NCBI RefSeq assembly: GCF_001194135.2
Contig: NC_068981.1
Location: 55,183,623-55,235,170 of the forward strand
Source: Octopus bimaculoides
Lineage: Eukaryota
Direction of reading: 5' to 3'
DNA length: 51,548 nt
Shown here: piece after piece, positions 23,682 to 38,399 of the stretch
Position numbering within the stretch: position 1 is the first letter of the stretch
How the letters are laid out: every line of letters begins with the position of its first letter
The notes under the pieces: model-generated
Seen by the model: only the letters and a program-made list of their open reading frames with translations
The model's database searches: none
Told to the model about the DNA's origin: nothing
Position numbers and translations under genes: made by a program

Positions 23682-23980
23682 TAATTAATGAGTAATGTGA
23701 GGGAGAAGCAAGGAAGACGTCCATTATTCATTTGTTATACATTGAGCTCAAGTCAGACAGATTTAGGAATTGTGATGTTCGTGCCCATTTTTCTAATATG
23801 CATTGACTGCACAACAGGATCGAAACTGCTACAATAATTCGGATCGTAAATCAACTAGCCGGATCTTATTTCTATCACACGGTTTTTTCTTTATTATAAT
23901 CTATTCAATATTAAAATGCACTATTACTAAGTCATGAATATTAAAATAAATTATTAATGTAATCAATATTAAAACATTAT

Positions 23981-24143
23981 AAGGCGGCGAGCTGACAGAA
24001 ACATTAGTTCGCCGAGCGAAATACTTAGCGGTATTTCGTCTATCTTTACCGTTTTGAGTTCAAATTCCTAAATCTGTCTTGCTCAAGGACACAATGCGTC
24101 GCCGGAAATTGAGCCGAATACGCTAACCACTAAGCCACGCGTC
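23981..24143. mobile_element. Chimera of two SINE heads: family A 5' part (+, 23981-24067) abutting another tRNA-derived head (-, 24068-24143)
   Basis: aaggcggcgagctgacagaaac...gagttcaaattc is followed by the reverse complement of gcgtggcttagtggttagcgtattcggctc...tgtgtccttgagcaagaca. Confidence 0.7.
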
Positions 24144-24379
24144 TGCATGAAGAAGTAGGCAACGAAAGCACAAAACAACTAACGAATTATTTTAACCTAC
24201 AGTTTTGTCCTTAAATCCTCATATGGACATGTGAAATAGTTGTTTATGTCCTTTCCCATTTATTTTAATTCATTTAATTCTGTATCGTTAAGCCAAAATC
24301 ATTTTTGAAAGTCGTATCCCAATTATATCATCATCCCCTGTTTCTTAGGTGACTTTAGTAGAATGCATTTTATAGCCAA

Positions 24380-25390
24380 GCTCCGATCATACAATAAGTT
24401 TGATGCCTAAACCAATCTCTAACATTTCGAGAGACTGCATTTGTCATCTGACACATAATAACCCTATAGTGATATCTCTCACAGGGGCTGTATATTACAG
24501 AAGACACTGTAATAAACCACAATTTACGAACCATATTTTCGTTGTTCTTTCTCCACCAAATATACCCAATCAAAATCAGGTCGATCTCGAAAAAATATCT
24601 GAAAACAATCTGATAGGCATTTCACTCTTCATTTTGCCAGTGTTGCCAATCCTGTGGACTTTATATTTCAATATCGAACAAACGCACAACTTTCTAATGC
24701 AAACCATACTCTTCCTTCCTACATAAAAAGTCCAAACAATGCTGTTTCTATCTATACAAACTACGGAGCTCTCTTTAATCTTCCTTCATACTTTGTACAC
24801 AGGTCTCATATCTTTGTAACCCAGTCACCTTATGCCAGGATTTCTATTAACAAAACCTTAAACGTGTCCTTTAGTAGACACATTGTAATCTATTCTCCTT
24901 CAACATCACTTATACATCATTATTACAACATACCATGAAATCAGTCTTATACCATTCAATCTACCTGCTTTGGTACATATCGCTAAAACCATCAAAGTCA
25001 CTACAACTACTGATGATCTCCCTTTGTGAGAACATTTACAGCTTTGAATTTTTTATAACATTGTATCTCAAAATACTGTTGTATCAAACTATATCTCAAA
25101 AATTACTCACATACTTGGGACGACTGTATCCCCACCTCCAGAAGATCATCTGACTTGGCTGGCAAATATTTACTGACCAACAAGCAACCAGGCACCTGCA
25201 ACTGAGATGAGGCTTCTTGGTCTCATCTAGTACCATTCTCATCGTACTTGCTCCTCTGAACTTCAATGTTACATACAAATCCCATCGAGTCTACTCGATG
25301 TTCCTTATGTTCATTAAAGGGATTTCCAACCACAAAATTACTACATTCTGGTATTCCCTCCCTACTCACACTTTTTCTATATATATATTA
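24380..25390 (-). mobile_element. Decayed LINE (RTE-like) fragment in intron 4
   Basis: Minus-strand peptides NNENMVRKLW and NVRDWFRHQ resemble RTE motifs of the type EMRMVRWM and RLRWFGHV. Strong strand asymmetry; heavily disabled. Confidence 0.4.
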
Positions 25391-25590
25391 ATTTATAGAA
25401 GTTCAACATAATCATTATCGGCGCTACTGCTTTAAGGTCTGCAAGTATTATGGACACTGATCTTCTTCTACGAATTAAATAATTTGAAAAATAAAATAAT
25501 TTCCTGTTTTATACTTTTCTTTGTTATCAAATTCATTGTCTTCTTCAAAACAATTAAATTAAACATGTCAGTCATTCTGTTTATTTTTAG

Positions 25591-25899
<309 letters not shown>

Positions 25900-27419
25900 T
25901 GAATATAGTTCGTTGCTTATTTTCGTTGATTTTGGAGCGGATGCTGATAATGAATGTGACTTTAAAATTTTCAAAATCGATGTAATATATTCTAATAAAA
26001 TATTAAGCCGAGTCAAACGACTAACAGCCACCGTTGACGACATTCATAGTGTGCCTAATTAATTAAATCAAAAATCTACTCATTATCATGATGTATCCAT
26101 TTAAAGAATTCTCTCTCATTTTTATAAATTGTTTTGTTGACAACATTTACAGCCGATAATATTTCGAATTTCTAGAATTTAACTGTATTTATCTGTAATT
26201 TATTAGTATTTTGGCAAAAGTTATTTTGCCCCATTTAAATATGCTAACTTTAAATGGAGTATAAACACTCTTTTCTTTTCTTTTCCTTATAGTTTCATTT
26301 TTTAAAAATACATAAATGTAACTCATCTTCCTTTTCAACTTCTATCTCATATTTCTATCTCATTTATTAATCAGCACCGGTGAGTTGACGTTTGGTGCCA
26401 AACATGACCGGACAAACAAACTATAATATTGCTTAAAATTTTATTTATCCAACTTAGCGTGAATATTCATAACGCAAATGAACAATATTACACAATACTT
26501 TTGCAAGGATTTGTCTAGTACAAGCTAACAAGTGATATTTTCCTCATAACTATGGTAGGTTAGTAAAAACTGTCACATGCTCTACTAGGCTTGGCCTATG
26601 AATATACTGTAATGAGACCTCATGGGCTCAAAACTTAAGTTCAACGTACGATCGAGACATACAAATCAGTATTTTAAAGTTGACTGGAGGTTCGGCTTAT
26701 GTTATTCCTGGAGCTACCGTTTATGTACGCTATGAATCTACCATTTTCAAAACCCGAAAAGTTCCGGATTCCGAAACATACCTAGTCCCAAGAGACTGTA
26801 TATTTGCATTAACATTTTCATCAAATGACATGTATGCCATGTTCGTTTATACTATGTTGGGTTTGTTAGCATAAACTGCCACTCTCCACTGATATAACAC
26901 AAAATCTTTGGCATTGACATATTCCGTACAACGGATCTTTAGTTTTTAAGATGAAAATAGACCATTTTTTAAAGTAACATAAGTGTTTAGGTGATAGTTA
27001 ATGCATAATACTCTGAAAAGATAATGCGATATTGTTAAATGCAATGACTTATATTGGCGAAATTTATCAACTTTATTTGTTGTAATGTTCCTTTTCTTCA
27101 GTAAAAATTACAAAATTTCCTTTTTTTTTTTTTACTGTTTAAGCAAAACCGTAGATTATTTTTAAATCATCACAATATGTTCCTTCTTAGACTATCTTAA
27201 GTTATAGTTTCGTCATTTCTCACGTACAAATAAAACGGAGAGTTTTCAAGCCAAATTTGTTTTTATACTTTAATATTCTATATTTGGCTTTTTGTAAACC
27301 TATAATTTAAAATTTCTTCTCTGGCATTTGGAGAAACTTTCTACATAATGACGATAACGGTATTTTTATAATACATGTCTAAAATATCTGAGATAAACTT
27401 TTGCATTGTCATTATATGT

Positions 27420-27499
27420 GTGCATGTGTGTGTATGTATGTATTATGTATGTATGTATTATGTATGTATGTATGCATGTATATGTGTGTGCGTATATAT

Positions 27500-27556
<57 letters not shown>
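27420..27556. repeat. (TATG)n/(TA)n tract ending 32 nt before the exon 6 acceptor
   Basis: Direct reading. Confidence 0.95.
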
Positions 27557-27557
<1 letters not shown>

Positions 27558-27588
27558 TCATTCTCTTATCAAACATTCTTTCTAACAG

Positions 27589-27849
27589 CTGAGAAAGCCT
27601 ACCACGAGCAATTGACGGTTCACGAGATTACAAACGCATGCTTTAATACAACTAACCAAATGGTAAAATGTGACTTGCAGCAAGGGAAGTATATGTCATG
27701 CTGTATGTTGTACAGAGGAGACGTGGCACCAAAAGATGTCAACTCTGCTATCGCAGCCATCAAGACAAGAAATTCGATCCAGTTTGTGGACTGGTGTCCT
27801 ACCGGCTTCAAAGTAGGAATAAATAACCAACCCCCAACACTTGTTCCAG
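27589..27849 (+). CDS. tuba: Alpha-tubulin exon 6 (AEKAYHEQL...QPPTLVP)
   Basis: Acceptor ttctttctaacag, donor G|gtttgt, 261 nt. Contains [14 protein letters not shown]. Confidence 0.98.
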
Positions 27850-27965
27850 GTTTGTATGTTTTAAATTTGATATTAGCCTATCTTAATAATGATAGAAGAG
27901 GTCAATGTAATCGACTTTGCTAGCCTTGTTTCAAAATTTGAATCAATATTTGTTTTATGGTGAAT

Positions 27966-28390
27966 AAGGCATCGTGCCGACAGAATCACCATCGCGCCGA
28001 ACAAAATGTTTAGTGGCATTTCGTCTTTACATTTTGAGTACAATTGCTGCCGAGGTCAACTTTGCTTTCCATTCTTCCGGGATCGATAAAATAAGTACCA
28101 ATTAAGCACTGGGGTCGATATAATCGGTTAGCCTTCTCCCCCAAAATTTCAGGCCTTATGCCTACAGTAAAAAGGAGTATTTTTATGGTGAATAAGGTGG
28201 TAAGTTGGCAGAATCATTTGCGCACCGGGCAAAATGATTAGCAGCGTTTCGTCCATGTTTACGTTCTGAGTTCAAATTCTGCCGAGGTCAACTGGAGTCG
28301 GTAAAATAAGTACCCATCAAGTACTAGGGTCGATATAATTGGCCTGCCCCTTCCCCTCAAAATTGCTGGCCTTGTACCAATATTAAGAAC
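27966..28390 (+). mobile_element. Two tandem SINE family A copies (27966-28180 and 28194-28390)
   Basis: Both have a head, B box and body. ttttatggtgaataagg is repeated at 27953-27969 and 28181-28197. Confidence 0.88.
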
Positions 28391-28809
28391 TATCTTTATG
28401 CAGTCAAAATGAGAAGAAATCTGTGAAAGCCTATTAAATTCTTGCTTTACTATGATATTTAACTTGTTTGTTTCTTGTTTTTCTCTGTGTGAAGAAACTA
28501 GATGTATCTTTATCAATCAGAAACTCTGTTATTCTACAGAATTATTTTAGAACTTGATGAAAAATTCTACATTTTAAAGAACATTTGTAGGGAAGTTTTA
28601 AAAAATATTTGTGAATGCGATTTTTAAAACTGTACATACTTTTTGTTATTGTTTTTTGTCATATATAATTAAAATCTATTTGAATTTTTCTATCTTATGT
28701 AGCTGGGTTAAATGCAAATTTGCCCTTACTTCACCTCCGTTCATTTTTTTTTTTTTATTACAACTAAATGTTACTAAATAAATTTTATTTCTTTTGTACT
28801 TGAATTTCG

Positions 28810-28865
<56 letters not shown>

Positions 28866-29943
28866 CGAATGTGCGTGCGTGCATTATATTTCAATCTGCA
28901 AATTTTTCACTCTTACACAAGTACAATATTGTACATCAATTTAATGATTCTCTCATCACAACTTTCGTCATTACGGTGACGTCTATATTCGTCTTGAGGA
29001 GGTCTAATAACACCCAAACGTAACCAATGCTGTCTGCTGTCTTTGCCAAATTCATCATTGAGTTTTCTTTTCTTCGCCGCATAGGTATTTATAATTCAAA
29101 ATTCAACATCCAATGCGTTACATATGTAAACACTATCTTATATCAATAATACATAACGAATCGGCAGTGAAAAGCAGAGTAGCACATTTGGAATACTATC
29201 TGATAATTATTCAATTTCCGTAGAACCTTATCATACGTATTTCCAGGATCGATAAATTAAGAACCAGTTCCATATTAGAATTGGTTCAATTTACCGTTAA
29301 CACACTCCACTAAAAATCTGGCTATCTGCAGAAGAAATCAATATTTCCTTTTATTGATTATATTTCATGACTTTAAACTAAAATCCCATTGCAATTTGCT
29401 GCATCAAGAGTGACGATTATATGTACGCTACGGCGCTTACTTTAGCGAGGTACAGTATTAATATCAAGTATAATGAGAAACTGGAGATAAGATGCAAATG
29501 CAAAAGGTGTAAAATTTCGTTGTAATAGTCACAAGAAAATATGTGAACGGATGTAAAACAGGATTTTTTAAGCAATTATATTTAAATGTTATACAAGTAA
29601 GACAGAAAATTAATCTAAAACAAGTTGTAAAAAAATTTAAATGCATGATATAAAATATTTTAAGATAACAGAATGGTAGCAGCTGATAGAATTGTAGCAA
29701 ACATGTAAAGCAACCATTATATCTTCTTAATATTAGCCAGACAGATGGTTGTTAGTTAAATAGTAAAGCCATAAAATTATCGAAGGTTCATTAACAGTTT
29801 AACCTTAAAATGAACATAGCCTTCAAAGCTTCATGCTTCATACGGGAAACAGAAGACAGACATAGAAATGAAAGACAAGAACTTACATTATCACTCAAGT
29901 GTGAGTAACAGAAAGGTATGTGTACGAGTATATGGTGAACATG

Positions 29944-30011
<68 letters not shown>

Positions 30012-31985
30012 TGTATGTGTGTGTACATGTATGTATGTATGTATGAATGAATGTGTATGCATATGTGTGTTTGAGCATATGTGTGTATCTACAAGGTGTA
30101 TTCAACAAAAAAATATAATGGTGTAGCCAATGGTATTAGATAAATGTAATTCTTGTTTTAAATCTGTAAATTAATAGAATTAAGATGAGAATTAGTAATT
30201 CAAAACAGTTCCTGGAATTTTTCCAAATTACTATGTTAATCTAAATCTCCTGTTTCCATCTTACTACAGCCCTATCAAATTAAATATTACACAGCCTAAT
30301 TACTTCCCTACAAAGAACATTAGGCACATTTGTTAGATATACCAACCCAATGGTAAAATAAGATCTGTGGTAATTCAGAAAATGACAAAATTTTCACGAT
30401 GTGTGGTCTTTTTGTGTTAGCTGTCTTTCCAAGAAAATAGTGTTCTTAGCAGTCAGCGAAATTATAGTTGTAAATTAGGTCAGATGAAGGATTTATATTA
30501 TTGCTATTCAAGGTGTTAATATCTAATATCATTGAAGGACGAGGTAAGACGATCAGGACATTAACGAGATGAAAGTATGTCATTGCAGAATAACCGTAAA
30601 ATAAAACAGCAAAAAAAAAATGAAAGTAACAATGAAGGCAAGGCCTTGTAAAAGGGGAAAGGAAGAACAGAGTAAAAGAAAAAACGAAGGAGAAAGAGTA
30701 AATGTGAGATGAGGTTGTGAATAAAGAAAGTAGTGTGTTTGTAATCTTGTGTGTACACCACCACAATTAGATTTTTTGTAATATATAGAATTCAGAAAAT
30801 TAGAAGAAACTTTTAAACTAACTATTAACAGTAGAAGTCAACGTCTTTGCTCAACTGTTAGAAGAAGGATAAAAACGAATATAGCTTAATTAATTTGAAG
30901 TTCCAAGTTTTGTCGTGCTGACGAGTCTAAAAGGAGGACGAAATAGTACTTTTGCGACTACCAGTGACTTTCAGAACTTTATCTCATGGAAATGTAAAAA
31001 GAAAAAGAATTATTTAGAAATATACTTTTAACTGTTTAATATAACATAAATAAAAATTCCTTAACGTGCTTAAAGCCAAAAGTGATTCTTTCCCCAACTT
31101 TAATAGCAGTCAACCACGTGTTCGTATACAGTTGATACTGCTCAATGGCATACTGGATAATTTTGTTTAATTGCATAACTTCCAAAACCATAAACCATTT
31201 AGCATCTAATTTTAGGTGAAATTTGTTGGCTAACTACATATGCAAATACAATGAGATTCCAATTAATTGCATGAAATCTTAAAGATCTTTAGCAGCAAAA
31301 GTAAACGGACAAAATATTGCTTAAAATTGATCGTTTGTTTCGATATGAATAAAGTGATTCTGGAACCTTCTGTTTTCATGATTAGTTAAAATGACAGTTG
31401 TCAATACTTCATGTTTTATGAACAATGGATATCAAGAGTCAAATGTATTCAAATAACAATTGTTCCCAATAAATTTGATATCTACAAGTATTCACAACTT
31501 TTAGTTTCATTTTATTGTGTGTATGTGTGTGTCTACGTATGTACGCATAAATACATACACGTAAATAAATATGTGTGTGTATGTCTGTGTGTGCGCACGC
31601 GTATATTTATACATACATACTTATATAGATACATACATACATGTTTGTATGTATGTATGCATACATGTATATACGTACGTATTTATGTATCTGTATATTC
31701 TATTCTGTTTTTAATTATTTGAGCTGGTTTCTAGCAACGATACAAAGCTCCATCGTTGGAATGTAGATGACAAACACAAATTCATATTTTAAACTTGAGA
31801 AAAGTCTNNNNNNNNNNNNNNNNNNNNNNNNNNNNNNNNNNNNNNNNNNNNNNNNNNNNNNNNNNNNNNNNNNNNNNNNNNNNNNNNNNNNNNNNNNNNN
31901 NNNNNNNNNNNNNNNNNNNNNNNNNNNNNNNNNNNNNNNNNNNNNNNNNNNNNNNNNNNNNNNNNNNNNNNNNNNNNNNNNNNNN

Positions 31986-32017
<32 letters not shown>

Positions 32018-34967
32018 GTGAATACCGGAACAAGACATTTGTATTTCACAGCATTCATCAAAATTAGTCTTGGCGAAGAATATTTCACCAAAAGTGTTCA
32101 ATAAATGTTTACATTAGTTCTAAATTATTTGAGGTAACAACATTAAGTCTATATCGTTACCAAATAAGCGAGGGGAAAATCGACTTCTGAAGTACGATAC
32201 AAAGAAAATATGAGTGGTCCTGCTCCAAAGTAAGTCGTCCATTACAAAATGTTCTGTTTAAAAAGTTTTATCTTTCGTCAGGCGGCGTTAAAAAAGGATC
32301 TCGTTCCTCTGCGACAAGCTATCAGTTACGTGGTTAGATGTAAAACTACCCAGAATAGACGAATGTATAGAAAAAGAAACCCATTTTATATCGAACAGGT
32401 TGAAACAATCTTTCGAGGAAAAGTTACCACAAATTGTTTAACATAGAATTAACTTACTAAAATTTTTACATATTTTTTAACATACGTACTTCACAGAATT
32501 AGCCTAATATATGACCTTTTTCTTTCACATCCACGTGCACGCGCGCACATAGCGTGCAGGAGAGAATGAGAATAGTAATGATGTCGTTCCATCAAAACGG
32601 TATAGGCTGTTAAGCATACCATGTACTAACTTTAAAATAATCTCGAAAAGGATTATTTAGGTTAGTGACTGTAAAATTCGTAACCTTTCACTCAAAGTTT
32701 GTAGACTTCTGACCATGTTAAATATCACTGTTTATCGAAAATATTGAAAAACAACAAACTAACATTTTTGAGTCTATTTTTGTTCAAGCCTCGAACCTCT
32801 ACTATTGAATATTGTATAAAAGGAATGTTGGAGATTAACACCACTGTAAGATAATTTGACCACGAAATATACATGTGTGTGTGTGTGCGTGTATACCTCA
32901 CTATTCTGAGAGGCAACATTTTGTTAGCTACGTGGCCTTTCACTGGATTTTGTTATCATCTTGTATTTCTGTGCTCGCTAACACGATAGATGAGAGGAAT
33001 CATCTGTTTCGTAGAAAATCTTGGTTTATCTCTTGATATGCGTCAACCTTTGTCTGCAAATGCAGTTAACTAAGAAAATATTAATTCAAAGAGAAAGATT
33101 TGAACACTCTCTGTTCTAATCTACTTCCTCTTTTCCACTCCCTATCAGTCATCGTTCGTCCTTAACGATTCAAAAAGAAAGTATGTTTTTGTGACTTAGT
33201 CAGTAAGAGAAAGATAACCTCATGCTTCCCTAGAAACATTTCAGTAAGCGGAATAAAACTACTTTCGTCCCCTCTCCCGAGATGCTGCTCTAAAATTTGA
33301 AGGTTCAAATGAACCTTGAAACTTTCTATTAAATCTTTTCAATAAAGATAAGAATATCGAGTGAAATTTAAAGCTGTAATTTTCCCCCTTTTGTTTTTTT
33401 TAGAAATATATGATTATTATAAAATATAAGCAAAGTAGACAGATTTTGTGTATGATTATGAATGCATGGTTGATTGAATATGATAACTGATCTCAATGGC
33501 TGAGAAGACTACTGGTAAACTTTTATATGCACCAGAATGACCAAACAGCAATACACTTATACAAATCAACGAGAAGCTTGTGAAACTATCTTTCCTAGTA
33601 GTTTTTACAGCGAAATTTCAAACACTATCAAAATCAATACTCAGTTTCGCTAAATTATCACGTTGAGTTTCAGACAAGCTAGACCGTATTTTTTATTTAA
33701 TAAATTTCAGTTTGCTAAAATATCTTTCTGTTGATGCTTCTGTATCTGAAGTTGTCAACAATATTCTCAAATTAAACATATAAAAATATCTCAAAGTTTG
33801 GAGCAAAATAAATTTAACAATTCGATAGGTTTCAGTTCTAGTTTTTCAAAATCTGATTGATACATTGACTATAAACACCGCTTATATGTTGCAAAATATT
33901 CATCGTTCGAACCTGCAGGATATTAGTGCGCTCACTCTGTCGCTGTTTTTTTCCTACCTAAGTTTCAGACTGCAAGCTATTTCCACAATAAATCAAAATT
34001 GTCAGACATTAAAACCTTTACTTAATCCTACAATAATATAACCAATCATAACATAACACATAGAAGTAGATTTCTTCTTGTTAATATCTCGTGCTTTATT
34101 CATTTCTGCCATGCTGACATCAAGTGTAATGTCGTCGTGGACTATTCTTCGCTTTCTCACTCACACTTCTATGCATATAACAGAGTTTGATTTCTATCTC
34201 AAGATCTGCATTGACGTCTTTAGCTTTATTCCAGGTGCTCTCCTAGTTGTTTCGTAACTGAAGCTTCAAGGAGAGTTTCAGTGCTAGATACCTCCACATT
34301 CAATGTGGTAACTCTAACTTCAGTGAGCTAGTTGCAAATATCTGTTGAAGCCAATATTCCATATGAAACATCCGACATTAATACACAAATGAAAAGTTTT
34401 CGGTATATTCAAATTGTTCCATAAAGATCCTGTCTTTTCCATAAAGATCTAAAAGATTTTGCAAAGCTAACTTAATGTTAAGATGAGATACAAAAGGTTA
34501 TATATATTGAAATCTATCAAACCTCTTGGGTTATGACATGCTATATAGGGAACAATTTATTCGGTCTTTAAGTAAATTCATTCATTTAGGGGAGGAACTA
34601 TGCAAGTTATAAACCCTTTTAATTGTTCGTACATACGTTATGGCTTTTGGTATACACTTAGCTGCATCGTTTCCACACAAATTGGAAATATGACAGTCAT
34701 ACAACACACAAGGAACAGAATAACGTGTCATACATTTCAAAACATATATTTTCATGAATATACTAAACTAACCTAATCTGAAGACTGATTTGTATTTCAG
34801 TACTTTTCGTTTCGGAAATATCATTCAAAACTTCTGTGGAATGGAACATAATTCGAGCAATTTTAGATGCTCGAATGTTTAAAATATTAATCTGACATAC
34901 ATAAAAATAAAATTCCGAAATTGAACACATCGAATAATCTGTTAAAAGGCATTATTGTTGCACAGGT

Positions 34968-35190
34968 CAAAGTGGTAAGTTGGCAGATTCGTTAGCGCGC
35001 CGGGCAAAATGCTTAGCAGAATTTCGTCCGTTCTTTACATTCTGAGTTGAAATTCCGCCAAGATCGACTTTGCCTTTCATTCTTACGGTGGTCGATAAAA
35101 TAAGTACCAGTTGAGCACTGGGGTTGATGTAATCAACTTAGACCCTTTCTCAAAATTGCTGGCCTTGTGCCAGACTTTGAAACCAATATT
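34968..35190 (+). mobile_element. SINE family A copy
   Basis: gtggtaagttggcagattcgttagcgcgccgggcaaaatgcttagc...ggccttgtgccagactttgaaaccaatatt. Confidence 0.9.
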
Positions 35191-35309
35191 ACACAGGTAG
35201 AAATGATCCGCTCGTTTCATAGAAGACATGTATCAATATAAACTCCGCCCAAAAGAAAATAGACACGAGGAGCTAAATATTTGCTTTTTGCCAATCTTTG
35301 TAAATTAAT

Positions 35310-35528
35310 GGTTTCTAATTTTGGCACAAGACATTAATTTTGAGGAAGGAAGATTAGTTGATTACATCAACTCCAGTACTTAAATGGTATTTTATTTTAT
35401 CCATCTCAAAGGGATGACAGGCAAAATTGACATTAGTGGGATTTAAACCCAAAACGTGAAAGAACCGGGTGAAATAACGTAAAGTCTTTTATCCGACAGT
35501 CTAAAGTCTCTGCCATCTACCGTCCTTA
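35310..35528 (-). mobile_element. SINE family A, diverged copy, inverted relative to the 34968 copy
   Basis: ggtttctaattttggcacaag...ggcaaaattgac...gggatttaaacc...tctgccatctaccgtcctt. Confidence 0.7.
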
Positions 35529-36746
35529 GCCATTATAAAATAGTACAATGAAAAAAGACTGTGAGATTGTTGTTTTTGTCGGGGGAGGGACCCGTAATAT
35601 ATTCAAAGGCATCTCCGATGCGCTTCGGTCCCGGGCTGATGTACTAGTTAAAACCACCGTCTTATTGGCCTTGAGTAATACCCATAAGATCTTTGCATGG
35701 TCTTTGAGACTGATGAAAGGGAGGAAGAGTGAAAGAAATCACAACTCGTTGGTAGAAAATAATGCATTAGGATAAAAAGTTATCCTTTGATGCAGAACCT
35801 GAACAGAATGTTTGTAACATGGTGGATTCCGCTAAGGGCATCTAAAGGCCATGTGATGGTGTTAAACTGGGCGACGCATTCAGCCTCCTAGCCGGATGAG
35901 TGTATTGTTAATGTATATCGAAAATAAATTCAAGAATAATTTCAGATAACGATTCTGACGTGAAAGATACATATTGGCCATACATTAACAGCCTTTGTAC
36001 GTTATTGAATGGCTGACATGTGTCTTCCACGTTGCAATCGTTTTAGTTTCGACACACAGTCGCAGATCAAATCACTTGGCTAGTAATTACACCTCCGTAC
36101 CTTTAAATACTTCAGAGAGACGTGAGCAACTACTCTGTTATTGATCAATTGATCAGTTTCGATGCCAATGCATGGTATTTAGCACCACTAAATGAGTCCT
36201 TCTTTTAGGAAACTAGTAAGATTCGTTAATAGGATATAAGATTCATTAATAAGATACCACATGCTGATTACATATGTTTACATAATTTTTAATCGCAGAT
36301 GTACCAAGTGATAGTGAACAAAACTGAAAGCCTAATGAGAATCGTCTCCATGTCTATGTTGTTGAAGTCGGTGTATTTACAGCTATAGCATTAGCTTTCT
36401 AACAGGATACACTTCTCACCTTCAAATTTTTGTAAGCACACGGGAAGCCCGAGAATGTTTTTAATCCCACGCTTGCATATTTTTCATATTTTACTATGAT
36501 AAAATATATTTAATGTTTCAACCTTAATTTAACCCTCGCCGACGAGAAATGAAACGTACATTCAAGTGTTGACTATACCGCTTTGGGTTTCTTTTTTGTT
36601 TTGTTTTTAAATAAATGAATGATCGGAAATCTCTTCTATTAGGATAAGAGTAGCTCAAGTATTTGTATACAGTAAGTGAGAAAGAGAGGTGGATAGAGGT
36701 GATGTATATACGCACGCGCGTATGTGTCTATGCGTGAGTGTGCGCG

Positions 36747-36787
<41 letters not shown>

Positions 36788-37814
36788 TTGTATGTGTGTA
36801 TGTGTGTGTTTGTGTGTGTTTTGCAGATGTACGAAGAAAGATTTTGATACTACAGACTATAAAACAGAGTACAAGGATGAATAACAATAGTGCATTATTG
36901 CTAAGTGGCTAAAATAAATCATCACATATCTATGACGGCGCAGCTCTCTCGCTATCTCTCTCTCTCATACACACACACACACACATACATGTGCGCACGC
37001 ACACACACGTACACGCGCGCGCACAAGCAGACACACACACACGCACACATACAAACCAACACACACACATACACATACACATATACATAAACACGCATAT
37101 CACATGACCACATTTTAGACAAAGTCGTCTGCTGGATACACAAACAATTATTCTCCTGAACGTTACACCATTTAGTCCACCTATGCACTATTTCCTGTTC
37201 TTTTCCCCTGATACCTTTATCACTACTCCAACGGTCGCTGCTTTTAATTTGTTGACTATCTGTTACCTCTACCCTGACACACTTGATATTATCATTAGTC
37301 TATTTGTCAGAGCTTTTTCGCCACACATTTTGTGACTTCTTCAATAATTATCTGTTGTTCGTGTCTCTTTTCTCCGATCTTGTCCTGTCTATCCTATCTT
37401 GTCTATGTTCACTTACCCTCTCTCCTAGGATAAGTAGACACTGCGGGAACTCAAGGAGGAGAAAAGTTCGTCAGTGCCATACCAACATGCTAAGCTAGTA
37501 CATGGGGACACGACAAATAACATAGATGTTAGGATCTTATCGACACATAGAACAGACGCTACACTCAGACAGATTAAGGAAGCCATATAATAGAAAACAG
37601 ACCGAGCCTCAACAGAAAATGTGAATGGAGTAATAACACGCCCCACTCCTCCCCACCACACAACCTGACTACTGAGGACAGAACAGGAAAAGCAAAGACA
37701 CGAGTACAAACAGTGTACTATACAAACCCATATACATGCACACAAGACGCACATACACATACCAAACACATTGACATACACACAGATACAAACGCAAACG
37801 CATGCGCAGATAAG

Positions 37815-38337
37815 GATACGTACCACAGAAAGACAAAATAGAATAGACAGGAAGTGTTATTATATACATCGTTTTGTGTTGGTATAAAAGATGGGCTACA
37901 GCAAATATTTTGCTCGATACCATAGATTTGCTTGTCAGTTGTTTGATCTTAACCAGTTGAGCATGTCCCTTAGTGGCTGACGGTATGTGCATCTCTGATC
38001 ACGAGCAGAAGTAGTGGGGGAGCATCATAGCTATATGTTGAGAGGAATTCTTTAGGGTTTGAATAATTCACCTTTGGAAACATGGGTGTCTCGTTCAACA
38101 TCCTTAAACAACCCTTATTCAGGGACCTTTTGAGCAGGATGGGCTACTCGACCAGCAGAAAATTCTTACTGGGCCCCACCTGCAAGGTTATGCGCTGTTT
38201 ATCTTAATATGAGATCACCATGTCGCGCACATTATGGTTGTGTTGCATGTGCCTCGTGTACTCTTAACAGACGGGTAGTCATGATGGGTATATTTTACCC
38301 CAGTTTCACTTTGATAGCATGCACTGCTCTCTCACTC

Positions 38338-38393
<56 letters not shown>
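37815..38393 (+). mobile_element. Retroposon-like element with (AAT)n 3' tail, family unassigned
   Basis: About 520 bp of higher-complexity, higher-GC sequence ending abruptly in (AAT)18 at 38339-38393, typical of LINE/SINE 3' ends. Confidence 0.5.

Positions 38394-38399
<6 letters not shown>

Noticed and set aside
35587-35632. Nested hairpin GGGACC...GCATC-tcc-GATGC...GGTCCC as a structured ncRNA
   Set aside because: Stems of 5-6 bp are compatible with chance in a locally GC-rich patch, and no family motif was recognised.
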